A stretch of 54,098 bases of DNA, filler included, from Dimargaris cristalligena (taxonomy: Eukaryota), in NCBI GenBank assembly GCA_003614675.1. It is 3 parts of 3 records of this genome, joined end to end, with 100 filler letters (N's around TTAATTAATTAA, not from the genome) between each part and the next. Parts side by side here need not be neighbours in the genome. Positions count along the whole stretch, not along the records: positions 1 to 17,968 come from ML002780.1; 2 more parts are not named here. One strand, 5' to 3'. Position 1 is the first letter of the stretch. Every line of letters begins with the position of its first letter. Below are positions 1 through 10,700 of the stretch, piece by piece. The notes beneath the pieces are model-generated. The model made no database searches. It had not been told where the DNA came from and was given only the letters and a program-made list of their open reading frames with translations. The position numbers were made by a program, and so were the translations under genes.

Positions 1-1780
1 CGGGGGGTGAGAGCCATGAGTCAATGGCCTGGAACTCGACATTAGGGAGGGCCTGCCGAATGGCATCAAGTCGGACCTGGTCAGCTGTATTAGTTAAAAT
101 TAGCTGAATACCACAGTCGTCCACCATATAGTGGATACGGTCACTGGGGAAAGTCGGGTCAATTGGTACAATAGCTGCTCCTGCCAAACCAACGCCCATG
201 TAGGCTGCGATGGTGCTGGGAACCCGGTCGATAATTAGGCCAATGGGCGTTTCCCGCTTGATCCCCTGTAGCAGTATGTGGCGGGCTAAATTCCTGGACC
301 GGCTGTACAAATCCTGATAAGACCATTGTAAGTTATTAAACTCGACTGCTGGAGCACCTGGGACTGAATGGGCCGTTCGGGTGAATAGTTCAGGTACACA
401 TATCTCACAGTCAATGGCTAGGTAGGGGCGGGTAAGCTGTTCAGTGACCAAGGCCTTTTCACTCGAGGAGAGCATCGTAAGGCCTTTGGTGGACACCTGC
501 CCATCGGAATTGGCCAAGGTGGAGACCAGGCCAGAAAAGAGTGCGATTAGGTGGTGGGACAAATTCTCAATGTAGCATTTGTCAAACGTGGACGAAATCC
601 AGTTCAAATTCACCGTAAGTTGACCGTGTTCGACTTGTGTAATGACGGCCAGAGGGTAGTCCGTTGACTCCAAAACGGCCGTGTCCGTGAAAGTAACCGA
701 GTGGTTTAGGTTATCTAAACCGGTGTCGGGATAATTTTCGTACACTAGTAATGAGTTGAACATATTACTTGGGCGAACGTCGGTATTAGTCCACTCATTG
801 ATCTTGGATAAATGCAGGTGCTCAAAGGGGACCATTTTTTGAGAATCTCGATGTATCATTGTGACAAGTTCAATAACCGACATTTCGTATTTCAATGAGA
901 CTCGGAAAGGTACGGTATTGATGAAGCAGCCCAGGAGCGACTCAATACCGGGGAGGGGTAGGGCTCGCCCGGAAACCGTGTTGCCAAACACCACATCGGA
1001 CTGGTCGGTGTATCGACTTAGTAGGAGAGACCAGGCGGCCTTGATGAGGGTGTACGGGGTAATGTCCGCTAGACGAGCTACTCTATGCACCAGAATGGCA
1101 TCGGGGAACAGAACAAAGAAAAGCTCGCCCTTACCATGCCCATGTATGCTGGGTGGTTTCGGTAAAGACAGCTCAGTTGGCTGTTCCACTCCTTTCAAAT
1201 ATTCTCGCCAAAATGTTTCGGCCCCAGCTTGGTTTGAATTTTGTATATATGCCACATAATCATGAAATGAAGTCGTCGTAGTGGGGCTCTGTTCGAGATT
1301 CCCTTGAAGATGGGATCGGAGCTGGTCTAACAGAATGCCAATAGACCAGCCGTCAATAAGGGCATGGTGAATAGTCAGTAAATAGCGGAACGAGCTGGGG
1401 GTCAGCTGTTTAACGTATATCCGTAGGAGTGGCTCATTCGATTTGAACCCCCGGGCTAGGTTCACCTGTAAGAAATGTTCCTCGCTGGAAGCATCAAAAT
1501 CAGACCATTCATTAACCACATGCCAACCAAATCGAGGTTCTCGAACAACAACTTGGACGCCCTGGCAGTGGGGATTGCTCCAGGACGTTAAAAATACCGT
1601 ACGTAGAATGACGTGTTGGCTAATGACAGCCTTAGTAGCAAGTCGGAGCTGGTCAAAATTCGATACACCATTCACAGTGAAGGACATTTGAACCAGGTAT
1701 TCGGAAGGATCCTTAGCCGTGGCTGTCCACATGCCCTGCTGCATGGGCAGCATGGGGTAGAGGGCTTCGACATCATTCTC
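1..1780 (-). other. NRPS condensation domain after E3 (positionally DCL) and the start of adenylation domain A4 (cut by window edge)
   Basis: YPMLPMQQGM, HHALIDGWS (~1344-1370), DVVFGNTVSGR, GCFINTVP, YENYP, TDYPL; then WSYQDL and AGAAIVPIDP. Confidence 0.9.
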
Positions 1781-4700
1781 GGAAAGGCCAACGGTTATCA
1801 GCTCAGCCTCGAGTTTAGCCAGTTCAGGTAAAGTGGCTTGTAGGTCAGTAAAGTCCGACGGGGTCCAAACACTGGGGGCAGGGGTCACATCGAGAAGTTG
1901 CACCATATTGGAAAGAGAGTCGCGGAAGTGGTTCAACAGAGTCTCAACCACGTACGTCGCAATGACATGTGGGCAGTATATAACCATGAACTTTAGCCCG
2001 TTCGGAGTTGGCAATCCGATAACCTCCAGCACCTGTGTCCGAAGCTCATTGGAGTCACAGACGGCCAGATCCGAAGTCAATTCTGGGCGAACTACCCAGG
2101 GAGCTCGGCCGTGCATAGTCAAGGCCCCACCATTTGTTGTGTTCCCCAGGTAGTTAAAGCAGACCTCCATAGGTGAGAGTGGCTGTCCATTAGATAACCC
2201 ACCTTGGGAACGGCGAAGAACCTGTTGAAGACCATGCTGCAACCCGCAGGTCCCAGTTAAAGATCGGAGGGTCTGTTTGGCCTGTTTGAGGAAATCTAAT
2301 GGTTTCGTTTCAGTATTCACCTGGGCTTGGCAGGGAGCCATAGAAGTGAACCAACCGACGGTGCGGCCAGGATCGAGACTGGGCTGCCACGGATGCCGGC
2401 CGTGGGATTCATTGAAAACGGTGATGGTCGGGGCCTGTGAAATACAGTGCAGGGCCTGAAACAGGCCAGCGAGCATCAGCTCTAGAGGTTGAATACGTGT
2501 ACTGTCAGGTTGCAAAAGGGCATCCGACAGGACTGGGTCTAATATTATTGATTGGCACTGGCTGTTGGCCTGGATGTTAAAAGCCAGGCAGTCCGGTCCG
2601 GTGAAGGGTAAAAACGATACCGGTTGAGTAGTTGGTGGAAGGTCGCCTTCAATGTCAGGCATGGTCAGTTTAGCCCAGTTAATCAACTCTGTTGCCCAGG
2701 TAGCAAATGAAATGGGCTGCGGCACGGGTGATTGTCCATCTAGGAGTTTAGCCAAATCCTCCAGTAAAATCGACCAGGATACCAAATCTACCACTAGATG
2801 GTGGATAGTCAGGAATAGCAATTGACCCTTAAATGGCTGAGAAATAGTGGCTGAATGAGAGGTCTCGGATGCTGATGCGTTACTATCATCATCCGAAAGG
2901 GTAAAGAGACCTGCTGCCAAATGATACCCCTTAGTAATATCAAGCGATGCCTGAATGGTAAGTAGCTGACCAGATAGATCGGAAACTGATGTACCGAGCT
3001 CCACAATTGGAATAGGTAACTCAACGAAAGGAGGAACTATTTTTTGAGACCATTGGCCGGGATTACCAGTCGGATCTCGGGTGAATTGACTGCGTAACAT
3101 GTCATTGCCGTTAATTAGCCGGAGCAAGGCGGAGGTAAGTTCAGCGGCAGTTAATGGCCGGGACAATTCTAAGGCAAACGACTGGTTGAAATGGTTCGGG
3201 TTGGACCAGGGGTGGTCAAAGAACCACTGTTGAATCGGGGTGAGCGGAAATTTCGCGTGGTATTCCACGGGCTGAAATTGGCTGGTTATGTTACCTGCTG
3301 ACGAAATCAGGTGCATTTTCTTGGCGGCGTCGCGTAAGGGACCGGATCCCAGTAGGGCGGCGGTAGGCAAAGTAAACCCGAGTTGACGACACTTGGATGA
3401 GACTTGGATGGCTGAAATGGAGTCACCCCCAATCTTCACAAACGTCAGGTCCAGATTAATTTGATTGAGTGGAAGGCCGAGTACCTCTCCCAGGGACTGC
3501 ATCAATATGGTTAGCGGCTGATCCCTTTCAGACAAGTTATCCAATAGCAATAACTGTTGCCGATGAGTGGTTAAATACTCAGCAAAGTGATTTTGGAGAA
3601 ACTGGGTATCGCATTTGCCATTGTTGGTAAGAGGTACGTTTGGAAGACTCAAAATATAACTGGGCACCATATATGACGGAAGCTGGTCGGCAACGGAAGC
3701 ACGCAGGGTATCCTCACTACCAACAAAATCTGGGAACACGTAGCCGACCAAGAACCGGTCGCGGACGAAAATGGCACAGTCCTGGACGCCGGGCTGGCGC
3801 ATCAAGACACTGCGAATCTCATCCAGTTCGATACGGAATCCCCGCAGTTTCACCTGGCTGTCCATGCGCCCCAGGCAAACTACTTGTCCATCAGGTAACC
3901 AGCGACCCAGATCACCGGTCCGGTAGATTTTACCGCGTCCTGTGAATGAATTATCAACGAATTTGGCCAGAGTAAGGTCCGGTTGATTAATGTAGCCGAG
4001 GGCAACACCGATACCACCGATGCAAATCTCACCGACGGCACCAATTGGAACCAAACGCAGGTTTTCATCCAAAATGTAACACTCGTAGTCGGCCATTGGT
4101 CGGCCGATTGGAACACAACCAGAGGGTGGAACCTCCGTCATTAGGCAGGCAATGGCGGCTTCGGTTGGCCCGTAGACATTGTGAAATGCAGTAACCGCTG
4201 ACCACTGATTTGCCAATTCCCGGGGTAAATGTTCACCACCAACTAGCAAACTGTTCAGGTTGGTATAGTCGTGGGGATTCAGGGTAGAGATGATGGACGG
4301 AAGCAGAATAGTCTGTTGTACTGTCTTCAATGTGCCCGGAAGATCATCGCCGTAGAAAACCAAGGTAGACCCGAAGCATAAGGGAAGCAAGGTGTTCAGG
4401 AAAAAGACGTCAAACCCAGCAGCCATGCCGTTCATGGTGCGAGTGCCAGGCTGTTGCAGCATCTCGAGAGTAGGGCTGGTAAGTATATTCAAAAGGCTGC
4501 GATGTTCGACCATGACACCCTTGGGGAGACCGGTGGATCCCGAAGTGAAGACAATGTAGGCCAGGTCTGTTGGTTGAATGGGGTGGAGGGAGGATGCTGT
4601 GGTGGTAGACTCGATACTTTTGGCAAGGTCGTCAATGTTGATTACTTCGCACCACTCTGCGTCCACTCCTGATGCATTCACAATACACGTACAACCAGCC

Positions 4701-7700
4701 GTGTCGACAATGTACTTTTGACGGGCAGTCGGGAGCTTGTGATCCACCGGTACATAGACGGCCCCGACACCCCAAACAGCCAGCATGCACATAACCGCAT
4801 CTGGGTGATTGGCCACAATAACACCCATCTTGTCGCGTGGTTTGACATTAGCACGTTGGAGACGCTCGACCAGTCCAAAAACCCGCTGAGATAGTTGGGC
4901 GTAGGTGTAGGTCTCATTGGAAATTTCAGTGGCCACTCGATTGGGATATTTTTGCACCATTTCCGAGAATAAGTCTAGAACACTTAGATGGGGATTGTCC
5001 CGTGTAACTGAATTAGGAGGTCCGAGAGCGAATTTGCCCAAGATGAGGCTGGTCTCGGCTGGACACACCAGTAATGCCGTGGACCACGGTTGGTGGTCGA
5101 CCACTACTGAATGGGCATAGGTCAGGAAATTGTGAAGTAGGCGGTTGGCCGTGTCATCGTTGAAGAGAACCTGGTTAAACCTCAATTGGCACATAGGTGT
5201 ACGGTTATGGCAATCAAAGACAAGTTGCAAGTCGTAAGGGAACATCGTCCGGGGCAATCGGGGCCTGGTACAGCGGACTGAAGTATAATTGTCCCCGGGT
5301 CCGAGCGGATAGTGGAATACAAGTGATATACAAGATAAGCCGGAAACTCTGTGCTGGCCTTCGAGAGACAAGTGGGTGACAAGAATGTCCATCGAAGGTA
5401 TGGCGTGGAGCTGGGAGTCTTCGATCTGGCGGGTCAGTTGGCCGATTAGTTCAGGGAAATCTAATGATAAATCCCCCTTCACTCGAAGAGGTTGTCCCAG
5501 TGCCAACGAGGCTTCTATATCCGCAGAAGCACCACTATTCTTGACAGCCGGACTACTTATGTCCACAATTAAATCAGTCTTCCCCGTCAGGCGCAACAAG
5601 AATGTCGCAAATAGAGACGACCAGATCGCATATTCCTTAACCGACTCATTCGAAGCCTGTACCTGAATAGCTTCAAACAATTGCCCCTCAACTCCGGTTT
5701 CGGCCAAGCTGCAAAAGAAAGAGGGCACTAGGGGGCGAGGTCGGTCAGTCGGAAGAGCCAGTTCAGCGGGTAAGTTCTGAAGAAGAGTTTTCCAATAGTT
5801 GAGTTCTGATTTAGTAGGCTCACTAGTATCGCAGCTTTTCGTACATTGGACATCGGGTAGACTGGGTGAATGTCCTACTAATTTGTAAGTGAGGGCCCGC
5901 ACAATCTCTTCAAATTCCCTGGCGGATCCGAAGATTTCGTGGACACGAATTACAATTACCGAGGAGTTGTTATCAGCTGTGCCAGTGGGCAGCTGATACA
6001 AGTCGAGCTGGGCCAACACACCTTGATTCAAATCAAATTGAGGCGCATTCACGTCCAACTGGTCGCCATTGAATACTTGAGAACTGGTAAACTGGTGTTC
6101 AGTCACGCCAACTGGCACTCGTGGTAAAACATTACAGGTGAGAGCACCTCGAACTGATAGAAACCGACAACGAAGGGATTCAAATACAGTGGTTAAGTGG
6201 TCGATAGACCGCTGGACCTCCGCCAACTGAAGCGAAATCGTGAAAGTGATTGTACACTGGTGATAGAAGACAGATGAAGGATTGCCCAGTCGACTGAGGG
6301 ACCAGACTCGTTGTTGATGGCTAGTGACTGACTTCGCATGAGTATAGAGAGGCGATGAATTTGGAGGGGAAATATCGGTCGCTTCAATGGTGAAATCAAG
6401 GGAATGTTCATCCACACCTCGCTTAATAATGCCCTTGATGATTGAGGCTAAAATGCGAATCTCGGTGTGTTTAACCAATTCATCTAAACCAACGGTGATG
6501 CCAAATTTCTGGCGAATACGATACTGAATTAGGTCCAGTTGGGCCAGCGGAACCTTTGATGTGGACATAAGAAGTTTGGTATCACTACTAGCAACTGAAG
6601 AATGGTCGGAGGATGCGTATAGCTCATTCACTACCACCATCAGCCACCATTCATACTCTGATAAGGACTGGGATGATCGAGCTGTAACGGTGGCTAGATA
6701 TGCTTGGGCAAAGTGCGGGAGAAGCTGGTCGTCAAGCTCAGCCACGTGTGGGAATGCACTGGCCGAAATAATCTCATCGGGCACGAGAGTGGCTGGAATG
6801 GCAGGCGGGACCATAATGGACTTGAGTCTAATTAATTCTGCCTCGGTGGTATTGGAAACGAGCACCACCAGCCGGTCATCAGATAAGACCATGCAGAGTG
6901 GATATTGGGCACTGGCTTCAGATAATGCCCGAACCAGAGTACCGAGATGGACCTGCCGGTGCTTAATGGCCACCCGCTGGCTGACCGGCCCCAGAATATG
7001 GACAAAACCGGCGGTATCGCGGTAGCCAAGTACTGATTGCAAGAGAGGAGCCGAGCAATAGGGAAACGAAGTGCCCAAGAATGCCAGTCGACCAACTACT
7101 CCAGGGGGACAAAGATGGCCATGTTTACCCAACACATTCAAAGCGTAGCCATCATTGGATGGTTTGTCTACAATAGGTAAAGAGCGGGAAGCCAGTTGCT
7201 CTAGGGTGATACGCCGATGCCCATGGAAGGTGGATTTGATAAAAGCTAGGCAGGTATCGGTTGATTTGACCAAACTTTCGACATGAGGCCAGGCGTCCTC
7301 GTTTAAGTCCCAGAGAACGAGCCGGTCACCCACTGCCGAACAGTGCGTTAAGGCACCGACAGTCAATACATGACAAGGTGAAGATCTGGCATTATCGTGC
7401 GTAGACGGATCAAGGGTCGAGATGATTGCTTGTAAGGTTAGGCACGATAGAGTAAACCAAACGGCCTGTGGGCTGTCCAGGGCCAAGGAATCATCCAAAG
7501 TATACTGCCTCTTGCTATCGATAAAGGGCCAGGTTGAAGCAAGGGTATATTGGATGCGCGGGCCATCAATACTTGATACCACCGGATCAGCCGAACTGCT
7601 ACGGGATGCAAACACCAAGGAGGGATCTTGTAAGTCAGTCGGCTGCTTGAATCGACGAGTGACTCGGGTTTCGCTGATCTTCTGATCAATTGAGTCTGGT

Positions 7701-10700
7701 ATACCAACCATAGCAATATCACTATCCAGATAAGGGCGTACATGCTCAATGTCGGTGGATGGTAGCCACACTATTTGCGCACCAATCGCTTTAGAACACG
7801 CCGATAGTTGACCAATGGTATAGGGTGATGCCCGAGGTAGGAGTCGAGCCCCCAATTTGATTGCACTCACTAGGCAGATCAGTAATTGTTCGACGCTGTC
7901 TACTACGGCCACGACCGTTGGGTGGGGGAGTAAGCCAGATTGACTGGATTGAGCGGCGAGTGAATCGGCCAGCTTGTCAAGCTGACTATATGACAGGCTA
8001 CGTGAGGCTGAAATATAGGCCAGGCTATCTGGTTTCTCCAACAAAGAGCCATTCCAGATGTCTTTTAGTAGCGGGCGAGCTGGGACAATCGTAGGGCTTC
8101 TCGATTCTTGATCAACGTGAAGGTGGCAGTTTGCCGGAGTATTTCCAAGTTCGAGTTGGTCCATGGGTGTGCTCATATCTGCCGCTAGAATCTGCGTGAG
8201 AACACACTGAATCATATCGACTACCTGACTGACGGATCTTTCAGAATAGATGGATGTATCGTAGAATACCTTGGCCTTGATGCCATTAGAGCTGTCGATA
8301 AAGTCAATGGCCAGCGGGTACTCCGTAAACTCGTGTATATGCAGGTCACATAACACCAGGCTGTGTGCCGGATTAGCCACAGGAACAGGAAAATTCTCGA
8401 ACCCTAGAATGGTTTGGAACAGTGGTCCAGATTGGTCTGTGGAAGCCCACTTAGAAATGTCAGTTAAAACTGAATGTTCAAACGGGATCATGGCCACTTG
8501 ACCTTGATGGACGGCCTTCAACCAGTCCGCCATTAAGTGATGGTCCAGACGCACCCGGGAAGGTAAGGTATTCGTACAGGGACCAATCGTCTGGTCGATC
8601 CCGGGCAGGTTTAGATTACGTCCGGACAGAGTCACGCCGAACACCACTTCGTCCTGGTCGAGTAGATAGCCTAAAACTAGGGCATAGGCGGCCCGGAATA
8701 AAGTGGCCAAAGTGACCCCAAATCTCTGCGAACATTGGGTTAACTGGGTTTTGGAAAGATCGACACTGGTTAAATAAGTCGTCCAACCAGGTGACCCAAT
8801 GTAGCCGGGGGAGAGAAGAGGGGCGGGTGACTTTGGTGCATCTTTTAGATAGTCACTCCAAAAGGACTCGGCCGGCTCCGGATTGAACTGGCTGACACAC
8901 TGAATAATGGATGGAAAGGGGGCCAATGGAGAACTCGTCTCCAGGTTGGGATGGTGATAGGCCTCCATCCACGCCTGGAATAAAAGAGGCAACGACCACC
9001 CATCGCACAGAGAATGGTGGAAGGTAATAACGGTATCGTGTACCTGGCTATCAGTGGTAGGGAACACATAATTGCGAAACATATGCTCCTGCAGTGTAAA
9101 GCCGCGCTGGCGGTTCTGGACTAAGAACTCGTCAAGTGACTTTAAGGGTTGATCAGAGACAGTCCAGGTGGTGGGACACGACCGAAGGACAGCCTGGATA
9201 TACCCTTGAGACTGTTTCGATGACGACTCGAGAAATACGGTGCGCAGGGGGGCGTGCTGCTGGACAACTGCCTGCCAGGCCTGGAGCAATCGACCAGCAT
9301 TAAGCGGGCCATTGAATTTAACGGCAATCTGCACCAAATAGGCGGTGGCGTCAGTGGATAGTCCTGTCAATAGACCACCCTGGAGAGCAATACAGGGAAA
9401 CAAGTCCTCCACTTGATCCAATGGAATGCGACGTCGATGGAACTCATCAATAATGTCCTGGAATTCGGAAGCGGAAAGTTGGAGGTGGGTAAAGTCAAAT
9501 CGTGTAAGGAGTGGCTCCACACTAATGGACCGCGGCTGGTTTATGTCATTGGCGAGCTGGACGAGACTTCGGCGCCATTGGACCATGATTTCATCGACAA
9601 TGCTTCGGCGATACACCAACGGATTGTACTCCATGATTAGGCGCAAGCAATCGCCGACCACTGTGGGCATGGGATTAATGTCATAAATAACCTTGTCCTG
9701 GGGGGCAAAGTCGTGCAGACCGAAATAGTCGGACCACTCGATGGATAACAAATCGTCGCTTAGATCTCCACCAGTATTGCTGAAACGGCCGAAATAATTA
9801 AATTGGACGTCTAGGCGGGTCGGGGTCTTGGCCTCCAGCTTGACCCGCTCTTCCACTGAAACGCCAGGCATGTATTTCAACAAGGAATAGGGAAATCCTT
9901 TCATTGGAATTTGCTGTAGGGCCTCTTTGGTGTGGCGCAGTAGGTCCAGTAAGGGCTGGCCAGGTCGAACCCGAAGAACGAGGGGGTAGAGAGAGGTAAA
10001 CCAGCCCACAGTGCGGGTTATGTCCTGATTAGATAACCACGGCTCACGACCGTGTCCTTCCATACAAAAAGTAACTTGGTCCAAGCCAATGGTAGTGGTA
10101 AAAGCCTGGGTGAAGGTGGCCAGAAGTAGGTCTCGCGGAGTGACGCGTAGCTGCGGGGCCAATTGGAACAATAGTGAGTGCGTGGATTCAGAGCCAAATT
10201 CGAAAGACGTGGAGAGACGGGCAGCCTGGGAGCCGGTACCATCCAATTCTGGCGGTGGAAGGAAGTCATATATATTTGGAATAGGCTTGTCAGGGTCTAC
10301 TTGAGTGGGCCAGATGTCGGCCGATAGGGTTGCTGCATAGTCGTCGAGCTGAGAGGCCCAGACTTGGAAAGGCAATGCCTTCGGTGGAAGTGAGGCGCCT
10401 CGAAGAAGGGTATTTAAATCCTCAATCAGAATGCGCCAGGCAACCAGGTCCACCAAGACGTGGTGGATGGTGATGAAAAGGCGGGACGGGGATGAACTGT
10501 CTGAATCATGGATCAGGGCCACTGCCAACACAGGGCCTGTGATAAGGTTAAGGCTTGACTGGACCCGCAGAATAAAGTTGGTATAATTTTCGGAAGAAAC
10601 TGTCTCTTCAAATACCAGAAAGTCGGTGGGGAAGGCCTTGGCTGTAGGTATCGCCTGGACCCACAGCTGGTCGCCATTACTTGGCTCGAATCGGGCCCGG

